Source: a bacterium (GTDB lineage Bacteria; Patescibacteriota; Minisyncoccia; Phycocordibacterales; CAIZLB01). Taken from it: 64,000 nucleotides of DNA. The notes beneath the pieces are model-generated. The model worked only from the letters and a program-made list of their open reading frames with translations. It did no database searches and was not told the DNA's origin. The translations under genes were made by a program, and so were the position numbers. Location of the stretch: contig JBAXXP010000004.1 of NCBI GenBank assembly GCA_037127815.1, positions 4,647-68,646 of the forward strand, written 5' to 3'. Shown here in pieces: positions 30,283-41,186 of the stretch. Each line of letters starts with the position of its first letter. Within the stretch, counting starts at the first letter, position 1.

Positions 30283-30903
30283 ATGTATATAATTGTAGGA
30301 TTAGGAAACCCAGGCGAAGAGTATGAATCAACAAGACATAACGTTGGAAGATTCATTGCTACATCATTTGCAAAACAATATGAATTACCAGATTTTTCTT
30401 ATGATAAGAAGTTTTTAGGACTAGTTTCAAAAGGAGAAATTGAGGCTGGAAAAGGGAAGTCAAAGATTGTTGAAAAAGTTACCGTGATATTACCTGAAAC
30501 TTTTATGAATAAAAGTGGCAAGTCACTTGCAGATCTGATAACAAGTGAAAAGAAGGCTGAGAAGTTAATCGTAATTCAAGATGATTTAGATTTGCCATTT
30601 GGTGCAATTAAAATGGTTTTCAATAGAGGAATGGGCGGACATAGAGGTCTGGAATCCATAAGAAAGGCAATTAAGACTGACGCTTTTATAAGAGTAAAAA
30701 TCGGTGTATCTCCAACAACTCCGACAGGTAAAATTAAGAAACCAAAGGGGGAAGAGAAGGTTGTTAAATTTATTCTAGGAAAGTTTAAGGATGATGAAAT
30801 GAATGAATTAAAAAAGATTGCAAAAAGAGTTTCAGAAGGGTTGTATGTGACGGTTACAGAAGATAGATTTAAGGCGATGAATAGTCTTAATACAGCAAAC
30901 TAA
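30283..30903 (+). CDS. pth: Peptidyl-tRNA hydrolase
   Basis: IVGLGNPG..Y..TRHNVG, TFMNKSG, GGHRG. Confidence 0.96.
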   Translation: MYIIVGLGNPGEEYESTRHNVGRFIATSFAKQYELPDFSYDKKFLGLVSKGEIEAGKGKSKIVEKVTVILPETFMNKSGKSLADLITSEKKAEKLIVIQDDLDLPFGAIKMVFNRGMGGHRGLESIRKAIKTDAFIRVKIGVSPTTPTGKIKKPKGEEKVVKFILGKFKDDEMNELKKIAKRVSEGLYVTVTEDRFKAMNSLNTAN

Positions 30904-31075
30904 GTAGACCTCTATAAACAACAACAAAACCCGCATTTTCATGCGGGTTTTGTTGTTGTGCATCGTCGGCGCGCTTCACATCGTTATATGGCTAGTGCTG
31001 GAATCAAACAGCAGTTTGACTCCAACACTAGCCATACAACAAGGGAAATATGCCCTGCACCTCCTATTTTTAATC

Positions 31076-32293
31076 CTATTTCTTGTTTTTGTCAACAAAA
31101 GAAAGTGCCATCTTTTGATCCTTTGAATCAAATAGATTTATCTTGAATGTGTAACTTTTACCAAGCTCAAGTGCTTCCTTTAGCTTTGCTTCACTTCCAA
31201 ATTCAGAAACGTGTACAAGTCCAGCAATTCCTTCTTCTATACTTGCAAGAGCTCCATGCTTATTGTACTTGATTACAACTCCAGTAACGATATCGTCTCT
31301 CTTGTACTTCTTCTCTGCATCTTTCCATGGATTTGGCTTAAGAGCTTTGATAGATAGAGAAACTTTACCATCCTTGATTTCAATAACTTTAACTTTTATC
31401 TTCTCTCCAACCTTGAACATTGTTCTTGGATCTTCAACAAGAGCCCAGTCAATTTCAGAAATATGGACAAGACCTTCTAGGTTTTCTTCAAGTTTAACGA
31501 AGACTCCAAAGTCAACTGCGCCTGTTACAACGCCCTCAACTTCATCGCCAACTACATACTTGCTTGCTACCTTTTCTTTCTCACCACCATCTCCTAGATT
31601 CTTTTCTGAGAAAATTAGTTTACCTTCCTTTGGAGAAGCTGCAATAATTGTTACAGAAAGTTTTTGACCAACAAGTTTCTTAAGTTCTTCAAGGATTCTG
31701 TCCTTATTTCCTTCTTCTACTCTTGGATAGTTCTCTGCCTTCAATTGAGAAGCAGGAAGAAATCCTTGAATACCTTGCCATGACATAAGTAGACCTCCTT
31801 TGTTTGCCTCAAGAACAGGAACATCGTAAACAGTATTGTTTTTGATAGCACTTTCTGCTTCACTCCAAATAAGAGCTTGTTTAGCCTCCTTTAGAGAAAG
31901 TTCTATGTAACCATCTGCATTGTTAACTTCTACAACCTTTGCAGCAATACTGTCTCCAATATTAACCTTTCTTAGTATGTCTCTAGCACTTATGTACTCT
32001 CTACCATAGATGATTCCAGTTCCGTATGGTCTAAGATCGATGAAAACACCTTTCTTATCTATAGCGATAACCTTACCTTCTACAATATCTGTAACACTTG
32101 GTGGGGTATGAGAATCTGCAATAATTCTTCCCATCACACTTGCGTTCATTTGTGCGATTTTTGCAGCCATCTCTGCCTCAACTTCCGCTGAAATAGCTTT
32201 TTTAGGAGCCTTTGTTTTTACCTCAGAATCAGTTTTTACAACCTCTTCATTGCTAATTATATCTTTTGCCGTATCGTTTATATCTGTTGTCAT
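31076..32293 (-). CDS. rpsA: Ribosomal protein bS1 (four S1 domains)
   Basis: GFLPASQL, GLVHISEI, GLVHVSEF. Confidence 0.9.
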   Translation of the reverse strand: MTTDINDTAKDIISNEEVVKTDSEVKTKAPKKAISAEVEAEMAAKIAQMNASVMGRIIADSHTPPSVTDIVEGKVIAIDKKGVFIDLRPYGTGIIYGREYISARDILRKVNIGDSIAAKVVEVNNADGYIELSLKEAKQALIWSEAESAIKNNTVYDVPVLEANKGGLLMSWQGIQGFLPASQLKAENYPRVEEGNKDRILEELKKLVGQKLSVTIIAASPKEGKLIFSEKNLGDGGEKEKVASKYVVGDEVEGVVTGAVDFGVFVKLEENLEGLVHISEIDWALVEDPRTMFKVGEKIKVKVIEIKDGKVSLSIKALKPNPWKDAEKKYKRDDIVTGVVIKYNKHGALASIEEGIAGLVHVSEFGSEAKLKEALELGKSYTFKINLFDSKDQKMALSFVDKNKK

Positions 32294-32417
32294 GAAATAA
32301 AAAATCAAGTACTGCTCCCGCTTGAGTTTCTGAATGGCACGGCGGGGGTTACAGTCCTTGTGATTGCTAATAATCTGACTGGTATATTATGCATATTTTG
32401 GCGGAAAATACAACACC

Positions 32418-32537
32418 CCAGCCCCAAATTATCATCCTTGAGAACACGCCAGTTTTCTGCTGAAACCCTTAATTTCCTTCGCAATCACCTGCTCACTGCC
32501 ACTCGCAAGTTTCTCAAGGATGATAATTTGGGGCTGG
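32418..32537. repeat. Structured repeat copy 2
   Basis: 27-bp perfect inverted arms CCAGCCCCAAATTATCATCCTTGAGAA; core CTGCTCACTGCCACTCGCAAG. Confidence 0.8.
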
Positions 32538-32655
32538 AGGGCGAATAAGTCTCTCAAAATAAGCCTAATTATTGCATATGTAATTTTGATTTAAGTGGAT
32601 AAGTCTTTGAAAACTTTGGTTTTTCTTTATATTTGAGTAATAAAATCTTATTCAT

Positions 32656-33048
32656 ATGATAAAAGATTTTGATAAATGGAACAGAAGAAAAAAGGCGATT
32701 GAGGATTCTGATTGCGAGGTATTATTTAGAACAAAGGAAATTTGGTGGTGTTATGTTGGCTTGAACATTAAAATTGAGTCGTGTGGAAAGGGTGATGATT
32801 ATAAACGCCCTGTACTTGTGTTGAGAAAATTATCTGCAAAAGGTTTCATTGGGATACCTCTTTCAACGCAAGCTAAGAAGGGCTCATGGTTCGTAGATTT
32901 AGAAGTGAATGGTAAAAAAGGATGTGCCCTTATTTATCAAATTAAAATGTTTAGCTCCAGTCGTATGTATTGGAGAATCTCAGTTCTTGATGATTCAAGT
33001 TTTGAAAGTGTAAAAGAAAAGCTCAGGTTGTTACTTGAGCTTTTCTAA
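32656..33048 (+). CDS. PemK/MazF-fold toxin-like protein
   Basis: EIWWCYVGLNI..E..GK....RPVLVLRK..FIGIPLST..QIK. Confidence 0.85.
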   Translation: MIKDFDKWNRRKKAIEDSDCEVLFRTKEIWWCYVGLNIKIESCGKGDDYKRPVLVLRKLSAKGFIGIPLSTQAKKGSWFVDLEVNGKKGCALIYQIKMFSSSRMYWRISVLDDSSFESVKEKLRLLLELF

Positions 33049-33132
33049 TTGTCACCAGAACTATTGCTCTGGATCAGTGGGTTACCCCAGAAAGATACTT
33101 GTTATTATATAAAATGATAGAAATAAGTCAAT
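33008..33132 (-). ncRNA. Putative small RNA convergent with the PemK-like gene
   Basis: TTGACT(33127-33132)-17-TATAAT(33104-33109); hairpins TGGG-GTAA-CCCA and CCAGAGC-AATA-GTTCTGG; terminator AGAAAAGCTCA/TGAGCTTTTCT+TTT. Confidence 0.6.
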
Positions 33133-33221
33133 CAAAATTTGCTGCTTTACACCATATCTATTTTATGGCAAAACGGAAGGGGAGACTAAACAAGAATTGA
33201 ATAATAGGGTATAATGCCGAC

Positions 33222-33863
33222 ATGATTATTACATACCTTGGACGTGAAGCCGTGAAGATTCAATATGGTGATTTGGTTATTGCTTTTAATCCACCAGCGA
33301 AGACTTCATCCTACAAAATTAATAAATTTGGTGCAGATATTGCACTTGAAACTCTACCTCATGAGGATATGTGTGGTGGCGCTGAATTAACATATGGGGA
33401 CAAAAAGCCCTTTGTTGTGTCAGGTCCTGGGGAATATGAAGTTAATAGTATATTTATTAAAGGCTTAGCTGGTGAGTCCTCATACGATATAGATAAGGAT
33501 GATAAGAAGCTTATTAATACAATTTATGCATTAACAGTTGAGGGAATCAAGATGTTGTTTCTTGGTGCACAGGACGGTCCACTTCCAAAAGATGCTGCTG
33601 ATGCAATTGACTCTGTAGATGTGTTGTTTTTGCCAATTGGAGGAAATGGTGTGCTTGATGCAAAGTCTGCATATAAAATGGCGTTAAATCTTGAGCCTAA
33701 AATTATTATTCCAATTCATTTTGATAGTAAGAAAGACGAAGCATTGATTGCCTTTCTAAAGGAAGCCGGAGATCACAGTGAGCCTGTTGATAAATTAACA
33801 ATTAAGAAAAAAGACCTAGAAGGTAAAAATGGTGATATAATAGTGTTGTCGCCACAGCAATAA
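33222..33863 (+). CDS. MBL-fold (Lactamase_B_3-like) protein with degenerate metal motif
   Basis: ITYLG, GPGEYEV, LPIGG, PKIIIPIHF. Confidence 0.85.
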   Translation: MIITYLGREAVKIQYGDLVIAFNPPAKTSSYKINKFGADIALETLPHEDMCGGAELTYGDKKPFVVSGPGEYEVNSIFIKGLAGESSYDIDKDDKKLINTIYALTVEGIKMLFLGAQDGPLPKDAADAIDSVDVLFLPIGGNGVLDAKSAYKMALNLEPKIIIPIHFDSKKDEALIAFLKEAGDHSEPVDKLTIKKKDLEGKNGDIIVLSPQQ

Positions 33864-33940
33864 GGGTTTTTAAAGCGCAAAAATAGCATCAGAATCAGTG
33901 GTTTCTGACGAGGATACATAAAAAATAAAAACAAAACATC

Positions 33941-34453
33941 ATGTTATCAAAACATATTGAAAACGTAAAACAAAAATCAGAAAACTATAGAACAGTTTAT
34001 GCCTTTACGGCATCGGTTCTATTCACTGGAGTAGTTGCAAGTTTTTGGGTTTTTTCATTCTTTATTCCAAACATGGGAGGTGTTGCAAACAGTGCTTCTG
34101 TGTCAGGTGCCATTGATGGATCAAAAGAAATTAGTCCAACTGGTATTGTGAAGCAAGAGATTGGCGGTATTTTTGATAGTATTAAAAATCTAACTACTGA
34201 TAATTTTCTAGGTGGAAGATATAAGGTGCAATTTGATAATGGAACACTTGGTATGTCGCAGAATTCTACTATAGAAAGTTCGTCTACGGATGCTTCATTA
34301 GAGTCTCCTATAATCACTCCACCAAGTACAATAATTTCCACGACAACAGAAAGCGGATTTACTGTAGAAGTAGATGGTGTAAGTAATGGTAATGATGTTA
34401 ACGCTAATATTGACAGTAGTAATGTTGAGAATAGTGCATTATTGGGGAATTAA
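33941..34453 (+). CDS. Hypothetical single-TM protein with Ser/Thr-rich tail
   Basis: One TM helix; upstream of gyrA. Confidence 0.75.
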   Translation: MLSKHIENVKQKSENYRTVYAFTASVLFTGVVASFWVFSFFIPNMGGVANSASVSGAIDGSKEISPTGIVKQEIGGIFDSIKNLTTDNFLGGRYKVQFDNGTLGMSQNSTIESSSTDASLESPIITPPSTIISTTTESGFTVEVDGVSNGNDVNANIDSSNVENSALLGN

Positions 34454-34485
34454 TTATAATATTTAAGTACAGATAAAATAAAACA

Positions 34486-36954
34486 ATGGCAAAAAAGATA
34501 GAAACAACAGTTGAAGTAGTTCCAGTAAACTCAGACAAAATTCAAGACAGAAATCTAACTGTGGAAATGAAGAAGTCATATATTGACTATGCCATGTCTG
34601 TTATTACAGACCGTGCACTTCCTGATATTAGAGATGGACTTAAGCCAGTTCACCGTCGTATTCTTTATGCTATGAGTGGTATGCGTCTTACTGCATCTGC
34701 AAAAACTGTAAAGTCAGCAAAGGTGGTTGGAGACGTTATGGGTAATTATCACCCTCATGGAGACGTTGCTATCTATATGTCTATGGTTAACATGGCTCAA
34801 ACTTTTTCAATGCGTTACCCATTGATAATTGGTCAAGGTAACTTTGGAACAGTTGATGGTGATCCACCTGCTGCTATGCGTTATACCGAGGCTAAAATGT
34901 CACGTCTTTCATCTGAGCTGTTGAGAGATATAAATAAGCAAACAGTTAACTTCGTTCCTAATTACGATGGTTCGGCAAAAGAACCTACTGTTTTACCTAC
35001 TGTTGTTCCAAACCTTTTGTTAAATGGAGTTTTGGGTATTGCTGTTGGAATGGCAACAAACTTTCCACCCCATAACTTAAGAGAGGTTGTTGATGCCACA
35101 ACTCATTTAGTTGATAATCCAGATTCCTCATCTGAAGATTTGTTAGAATTTGTGAAAGGACCAGATTTTCCGCTAGGAGGTGTTGCTTATAATGAAAAGG
35201 ATATTGCCGCAGCACTCATTCACGGAAGAGGAGGAGTTGTTGTTCGTGGTGAGGCTGAAATTGTTGAAGAGAAAGCTGGTCAATCTAAAATTATAATTAC
35301 GTCAATTCCTTATAGAGTAAATAAGTCTACTCTTATTGAAGCTATTGCTGACTTGGTTCGTGAAAAGAAACTTGAAGGTATTAAAGATCTACGCGATGAA
35401 TCAACAAAAGATATTAGAGTTGTTATTGAATTGAAGAGTGGAAGTTATCCTCAAAACATTCTTAACTTTTTGTATAAGCATACTCAACTTGAATCAACAT
35501 TTCACTACAACATGGTTGCACTTGTTGAGGGTGTTCCACAAACTCTTTCACTTAAGACTTGTCTTGAAGAGTTTATTAAACATAGAAAGGAGGTTGTAAG
35601 AAGAAGAACAGAATTTGATCTAAAAGAAGCACAAGATAGAGAGCATATATTACTTGGTCTTAAGAAAGCATTGGATCATATCGATGCAATTATTAAAACT
35701 ATTAAAGCATCAAAAGATACTCCTACAGCTCACGTTAACTTGATGAAGGAATTTAAATTCTCAGATAGACAAGCAACCGCCATCTTGGAAATGAAGCTTC
35801 AAAGACTTGCTGGTTTGGAGAGAAAGAAAATTGAGGATGAATTAAAGGCCGTTCAAGCATTTATTAAAGAGTGTGAAGATATTCTAAAAAATCCAAAAAG
35901 AGTTCTAAAAATAATCAAGGACGAGCTTGCAGATATTAGAGAAAGATTTGGTGATAATAGAAGGACAAAAATCATTAAGCATGCTGCAAAAAACTTCTGT
36001 ATTGAGGATGTTATTCCTGATGAAGAAAGTGTTCTTGTATTAACTAGTGGAGGGTATATCAAGAGAACTGATCCTGATGAATACAAGAAGCAAAGAAGAG
36101 GTGGTGTTGGTGTTGTTGACCTTGATACAAAGGAAGAAGATTTTATAACTCATCTTATAACAACCACAACTCATAGTGATTTATTATTCTTTACAGATAA
36201 GGGTAAGGCGTATCAAATTAAAATGTACGATATTCCTGAGGGAAAGCGTGCTACTCGTGGAAAATCAATAATGAACTTCTTGTCACTTTCTGATAATGAG
36301 AAAGTAACTTCAGTTCTTCCGATGCCAAAGCAAATTAAAAAAGGCGGAGGACTAAGTCTATTTTTGATTACAAAACAAGGAACTGGAAAGAAGGTTTCTA
36401 TTGAAAGTTTCCTTGATGTTAGAAGAAGTGGAATTATTGCAATTAGACTTGATCCTAATGATGAATTAGTCTCTGCATCATTTGTTGAAAAGAAGGATTC
36501 GGTAATGGTTGTTGCATCAGATGGTCAATCTATTAGATTTGATGAGGGCGATGTTAGAGAGATGGGACGCTCTGCTGGTGGGGTACGTGTTATGAAATTG
36601 GATAAGGATGTAAGCGTTGTTGGGGCTGACACAATTGCAAAAGATGTAACTGATGCATATGTAATGGTTATGTCTTCAAATGGATATGGAAAGAAAACTC
36701 CAATTAAAGAATATAAGATTCAAGGAAGAGGAGGTTCTGGAATTAAAACTGTAAAGGTTACCCCAAAGACTGGAGATTTGATTTCTGCAAGAATCCTGAC
36801 AGCAGAACTTGAAGAACTTGTTGCAATTTCAAAGAAAAGCCAGGTTATTAGATGTGATCTAAAGGAGGTACCAGCACTTGGGCGTGATACACAAGGAGTG
36901 AGAATTATGAAGTTAAGAGAAGGTGATAGTTTGGCTTCATTGATCTGTCTATAA
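34486..36954 (+). CDS. gyrA: DNA gyrase subunit A
   Basis: [29 protein letters not shown], GyrA box QRRGGVG. Confidence 0.98.
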   Translation: MAKKIETTVEVVPVNSDKIQDRNLTVEMKKSYIDYAMSVITDRALPDIRDGLKPVHRRILYAMSGMRLTASAKTVKSAKVVGDVMGNYHPHGDVAIYMSMVNMAQTFSMRYPLIIGQGNFGTVDGDPPAAMRYTEAKMSRLSSELLRDINKQTVNFVPNYDGSAKEPTVLPTVVPNLLLNGVLGIAVGMATNFPPHNLREVVDATTHLVDNPDSSSEDLLEFVKGPDFPLGGVAYNEKDIAAALIHGRGGVVVRGEAEIVEEKAGQSKIIITSIPYRVNKSTLIEAIADLVREKKLEGIKDLRDESTKDIRVVIELKSGSYPQNILNFLYKHTQLESTFHYNMVALVEGVPQTLSLKTCLEEFIKHRKEVVRRRTEFDLKEAQDREHILLGLKKALDHIDAIIKTIKASKDTPTAHVNLMKEFKFSDRQATAILEMKLQRLAGLERKKIEDELKAVQAFIKECEDILKNPKRVLKIIKDELADIRERFGDNRRTKIIKHAAKNFCIEDVIPDEESVLVLTSGGYIKRTDPDEYKKQRRGGVGVVDLDTKEEDFITHLITTTTHSDLLFFTDKGKAYQIKMYDIPEGKRATRGKSIMNFLSLSDNEKVTSVLPMPKQIKKGGGLSLFLITKQGTGKKVSIESFLDVRRSGIIAIRLDPNDELVSASFVEKKDSVMVVASDGQSIRFDEGDVREMGRSAGGVRVMKLDKDVSVVGADTIAKDVTDAYVMVMSSNGYGKKTPIKEYKIQGRGGSGIKTVKVTPKTGDLISARILTAELEELVAISKKSQVIRCDLKEVPALGRDTQGVRIMKLREGDSLASLICL

Positions 36955-37070
36955 AAAATTTGCTTCAAAATTAGGAAATCCCAGTGATAATACTGGGGTT
37001 TTTTATTACTTGCAAAATTAATAAAAAAAGAGCAATATTCAAAAGGATCCAAAACAACAAAGGAGGCTTT

Positions 37071-37814
37071 GTGGACAATGATACTAATAATAGAACAAAA
37101 ACGAACAAAGAAAGAAGGAAGGAAGAAAAGGAGGAAAGAGAGACGCTTAAGATATTTCCAGTAGTCCAATTGACTTGGAGCCGATTACCCAGAATAGTTG
37201 TCATCGATTGGAAGAATATTAGGTCTCGTGAATACAGGCTTGATCATCTAACCAACGGTGAATTGAATGCTTTCTGGCACATGGATGCAAACGCCAAGAT
37301 TGATTATTTGATTAGATGTTTCAATCGTCATCACAGGAGGCCTAGATGTCAAAAAGGCGTAACGGAGTGTCATAATTTATCGTATGTCGATATTGAGTCA
37401 CATACAAGTTACAATAAGCTGATTTTTGTCATTTCCAGATGGTTCAAAATGTCAGAGGCGGAAGTCAAAACTAAGCATATTGCTATTTTTTTGAAAAAGG
37501 TCTATCCGTCACTGGAGAGACTTATGACAAACCCTGTGACGCGAAAGATGAAGAGTCTGAAAAGTTTGCTGCATACTGGTAGTTTTAATAAGTTGAGTCC
37601 CGCTTTTATTGGGAATGTTGCAAAGTGGGCTGGTATAAAATTTGGAGCAGTTCATGCAAATGATATTCGGCGATTCATTACACAGATTTACCTAGCACTT
37701 AAAAGGATTGCATACGATCACTCCTTGGGTAGACTGAAGACTTTACCTGCGTTCATTAAGGTGCTGAATAAAATTTGGATACCGAGAGATTGCCAAATAA
37801 TTTTGAAACTCTGA
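37071..37814 (+). CDS. Hypothetical basic protein with HNH-like motif (ORFan)
   Basis: HHRRPRCQKG..NLSYV...H..YN; GTG start after AGGAGG; hairpin at 37852-37880. Confidence 0.65.
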   Translation: MDNDTNNRTKTNKERRKEEKEERETLKIFPVVQLTWSRLPRIVVIDWKNIRSREYRLDHLTNGELNAFWHMDANAKIDYLIRCFNRHHRRPRCQKGVTECHNLSYVDIESHTSYNKLIFVISRWFKMSEAEVKTKHIAIFLKKVYPSLERLMTNPVTRKMKSLKSLLHTGSFNKLSPAFIGNVAKWAGIKFGAVHANDIRRFITQIYLALKRIAYDHSLGRLKTLPAFIKVLNKIWIPRDCQIILKL

Positions 37815-37973
37815 TGGAATGCTCGTAACAACGGATCAGGGGTGAATATTCATCGCGCAGGCATTCCATGCCTGCGCGATATTTCGTTTACTGATTTATC
37901 TACAGATTATGATCTATCAACAAAATTTAAAAAATACAGATATTTTGTATTTTACTTGTGCTATAATATTTAC

Positions 37974-38507
37974 ATGAGTTTTGTTAAACCTGAAAAAACA
38001 TTGCAGGACATGAATATTGCAGAAGGAATGACTGTTGCTGATTTTGATGCAGGCGCAGGGTACTACACTATGGCTCTTGCAAAAAAAGTTGGACAGTATG
38101 GTAAGGTTTTTGCAATTGATACTAGGGCGGATTTGTTGACAAGGATTGCAAATGAGTCAAAGCTTTTAAATCTTAAAAATGTTGAAGTCATAAGAGGGGA
38201 CGTAGAATCGTTAAACGGCTCAGGACTCTCCAAAGAAAGTGTGGATAGAGTTATTTTAGCAAATACATTGTTTGTGTGTGATCATCCTGAGAAAGTGGTT
38301 AAAGAGGCCATTAGGATATTGAAGAAAAAAGGTAAGATCGGTGTAATAGATTGGATAGACTCATCTAATCAAATTGGTCCACATCCAGACTGTGTTGTTT
38401 CAAAGAAACATGTAACAGCTTGGTTTGCAAAAGAGAACTTAATTTTAGAGAAAGAATTTGATGCAGGGGACTATCATTATGGACTAGTGTTTAAATTTGT
38501 AGATTAA
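37974..38507 (+). CDS. Class I SAM-dependent methyltransferase
   Basis: VADFDAGAG, VFAID, ILKKKG, HYGLVF. Confidence 0.88.
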   Translation: MSFVKPEKTLQDMNIAEGMTVADFDAGAGYYTMALAKKVGQYGKVFAIDTRADLLTRIANESKLLNLKNVEVIRGDVESLNGSGLSKESVDRVILANTLFVCDHPEKVVKEAIRILKKKGKIGVIDWIDSSNQIGPHPDCVVSKKHVTAWFAKENLILEKEFDAGDYHYGLVFKFVD

Positions 38508-38523
38508 GTTATAATATTTACGT

Positions 38524-39870
38524 ATGAACAAATCATCAAGCCCATTTCAAATTATATTTATAGGAGTATTTATATTTGCAGCCATTGTTGGAGTTATAAT
38601 CTTTTCTGCGTTTACTAACTCTTCAAATAATACTGCTGTAAAAGCAACTATCTGGGGAACAGAGGCTGAGGCTGATTTCAAAAATCTCCTTGCAATAATC
38701 GATCCTCAAAAAAAAGCGATGGATGTAACTTATGTACAAAAAAGTGCTGATACATTTGAAGCAGAATTTGTTAATGCATTAGCTGAAGGAAAAGGACCAG
38801 ACATTGTTTTAATTGATGATTCAAAAATTTTCTCTTGGAAGGGCAAGCTACAGCCTATTCCGTTTAAAACATTGCCTCAAAGAACATTCTCAGACACTTT
38901 TATAGATGCTGCAAACATCTTTGTAATGGCAGATGGAATTTATGCACTACCTTTAAACGTTGATCCTTTGGTTATGTATTGGAATAAGACCATGTTTAGC
39001 GATGGTGGAATTGTGTTGCCGCCAAAAACATGGCAACAGCTCACAGCTTCAATTCCAAGTTTAACTCAAAGAACTGATAGATCAGAAATTATAAAATCTG
39101 CTGTCGCCCTAGGGGAGTCTTCCAATATTGACCACTCCAAAGAAATTTTTATTAATTTAATGCTTCAAGGCGGAAACAATTTAGTAGAGTTTGACCCTGC
39201 CGTAAGTAGATATATGTCTACCGTAGATGTACTTTCTCCAAGTGGCACAAATATTTTTGAAGCAGCCACAAATTTCTATACTTCATTTTCAAATCCTAAT
39301 AATGAGAGATATTCATGGAATAAATCTCTGGTAAGATCAAGAGATTATTTCATTTCTGGAAATCTAGGAATGTACTTTGGTTTTGCAAGTGAATATCCTG
39401 TTCTACAAAGAAAGAATCCTAATCTTAACTTTGATGTTGCTCTTATGCCACAAGATGAGTTAAGGTCTGCAAATGTACAATCTGCATCGTACGCTAAAAT
39501 AAATGCTCTAGCTCTTGTCAAACAATCAAGAAATCAAGCTGCTGCAATAAGTGTAATGACACAATTGGTTGCCTCAGTTGCTCAGGCAGAGTTTGTAAAA
39601 ATAACAAACTTGCCTTCTGCCAGAAGAGATCTGCTTCAAGTGCCAAATGGTGAGAACGTGTACATAGATATTTTTGGTAAAGCGGCTATTCAAGCTAAGA
39701 CGTGGTATGACCCAAGCTCCACTGCGACCGATTCAATTTTTAGAGAATTAATTGACACAATTACAACGGGTAAAATAACAAGTGGAGAGGCTAGAAATAT
39801 TTTGAATCAGAAGCTTCAGGCTCTTGTCTCAGGGGCAAGCCCAAGTAGTGTTAATTCTACAGGGAATTAA
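38524..39870 (+). CDS. Membrane-anchored extracellular solute-binding protein
   Basis: IWGT, ALAEGKGPDI, YALPLNVDPLVMYWNK. Confidence 0.88.
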   Translation: MNKSSSPFQIIFIGVFIFAAIVGVIIFSAFTNSSNNTAVKATIWGTEAEADFKNLLAIIDPQKKAMDVTYVQKSADTFEAEFVNALAEGKGPDIVLIDDSKIFSWKGKLQPIPFKTLPQRTFSDTFIDAANIFVMADGIYALPLNVDPLVMYWNKTMFSDGGIVLPPKTWQQLTASIPSLTQRTDRSEIIKSAVALGESSNIDHSKEIFINLMLQGGNNLVEFDPAVSRYMSTVDVLSPSGTNIFEAATNFYTSFSNPNNERYSWNKSLVRSRDYFISGNLGMYFGFASEYPVLQRKNPNLNFDVALMPQDELRSANVQSASYAKINALALVKQSRNQAAAISVMTQLVASVAQAEFVKITNLPSARRDLLQVPNGENVYIDIFGKAAIQAKTWYDPSSTATDSIFRELIDTITTGKITSGEARNILNQKLQALVSGASPSSVNSTGN

Positions 39871-39919
39871 TATATAGAATATGTTACAATTTAGATAATT
39901 ATAATAATAGATAGATTTG

Positions 39920-40378
39920 ATGAAAATAATAAAAAATAAATTATTGAAAAAGGAAAACTTTGCGAAAAGCAAAAATACAGTTTGGTCTACCTTGTTGACA
40001 CTTGCGGTTGTATTATTTGGTTTTCTAAATGTTAGCAAAGTTTTTGCGCAAAGTACGGGTTCAAACCCTGTTTCAAATCTTTTACTTATCTGTACAACCC
40101 GATCAACTCCATGTGGATGGCAAGATTTAATTAATTTAATAAATGCCATGGTTCAATATGCTATTGAGTTAATAGGTATAGTCTTTGTTATAGTTCTATT
40201 GTATGCGGGTATGATGTATATAACTTCTGGTGGAGATGCATCAAAGGTTAAGAAAGCTAAGGATATGTTGTATAAAGTTGTTTGGGGAATGGTATATACC
40301 CTTTGTGCTTGGATTATTGTATACTTTATACTAACAAGCTTAGGCGTTGACCAAACTTTTTACGAAAAAATTATATAA
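39920..40378 (+). CDS. TrbC/VirB2-like pilin 1
   Basis: Signal to VFA/Q, C..C, YAG..YITSGGD.SKVKKAK, two TM. Confidence 0.8.
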   Translation: MKIIKNKLLKKENFAKSKNTVWSTLLTLAVVLFGFLNVSKVFAQSTGSNPVSNLLLICTTRSTPCGWQDLINLINAMVQYAIELIGIVFVIVLLYAGMMYITSGGDASKVKKAKDMLYKVVWGMVYTLCAWIIVYFILTSLGVDQTFYEKII

Positions 40379-40387
40379 CAACATAAA

Positions 40388-40777
40388 ATGAAAAACACTA
40401 GATTAATCTTATTCATGGTTACAGGAGCTTTAATGCTTCTTGTTATCTTTGGTGTAGACTTTATAACCGCCCACTCAATTGCTTTTGCTCAAATAAATGA
40501 TGGTAAAATTCATAACCCCCTTGGTTCAACAACAACTCTCAGTCAGGTGCTTGGCATTGTTATATCTTCCGTTCAGGTTATTGCTGGAGTTTTGTCTGTT
40601 GTTTTCATTATAATCGCAGGTCTTAAGTTTGTATTGGCAAATGGTGATCCTGCAAAGATAAAGACAGCTAAATCAATGCTGCTTTATGTTGTAATAGGTA
40701 TTGCGATAATATTCGGTGCTCAGGCTATTGCCATAGTAGTTCAGACAACAATTAAGCAGGTTGGTAGCGGGCAATAA
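40388..40777 (+). CDS. TrbC/VirB2-like pilin 2
   Basis: NPLG, AG.KFV.ANGDP.KI..AK..L.Y.VIG. Confidence 0.82.
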   Translation: MKNTRLILFMVTGALMLLVIFGVDFITAHSIAFAQINDGKIHNPLGSTTTLSQVLGIVISSVQVIAGVLSVVFIIIAGLKFVLANGDPAKIKTAKSMLLYVVIGIAIIFGAQAIAIVVQTTIKQVGSGQ

Positions 40778-40829
40778 AGTGTTTTACATCATCAGTCAAA
40801 TAAGACTATTATCAATATAATTTAAAAAA

Positions 40830-41144
40830 ATGTTAGAAAGTAAAAATTCACTCTTAGCTCAGGTTGGTAATGTAACAGACCTGAAAAGCCTTGTAGTTGG
40901 CATGATAGATATATTAGGAAGTTACGTTGTACCATTCATCGTTGCATTAGCACTTGTAGTTTTTTTGTGGGGAATATTTAGAACCATGACAGCTGCTGGC
41001 GATGGTAAGAAAAGACAGGAGGGTCTGGCATATATTACATACGGGATAATAGGCTTGGCTGTTATGATTTCAGTTTGGAGTTTGGTATATCTTCTAACCA
41101 CTACATTCTTTTCAGGCGGATTGATGATACCTCAGCTAAATTAA
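40830..41144 (+). CDS. TrbC/VirB2-like pilin 3
   Basis: FLWG..., YGIIGLAVMISVWSLV. Confidence 0.8.
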   Translation: MLESKNSLLAQVGNVTDLKSLVVGMIDILGSYVVPFIVALALVVFLWGIFRTMTAAGDGKKRQEGLAYITYGIIGLAVMISVWSLVYLLTTTFFSGGLMIPQLN

Positions 41145-41186
41145 TCTGATACATGGTAATATGATTATTATTAATTATAAAATACA

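Noticed and set aside
33050-33080. Hammerhead ribozyme in the PemK-associated RNA (CUGAU...stem...UGAC)
   Set aside because: The core needs CUGAnGA and GAAA; both are incomplete.
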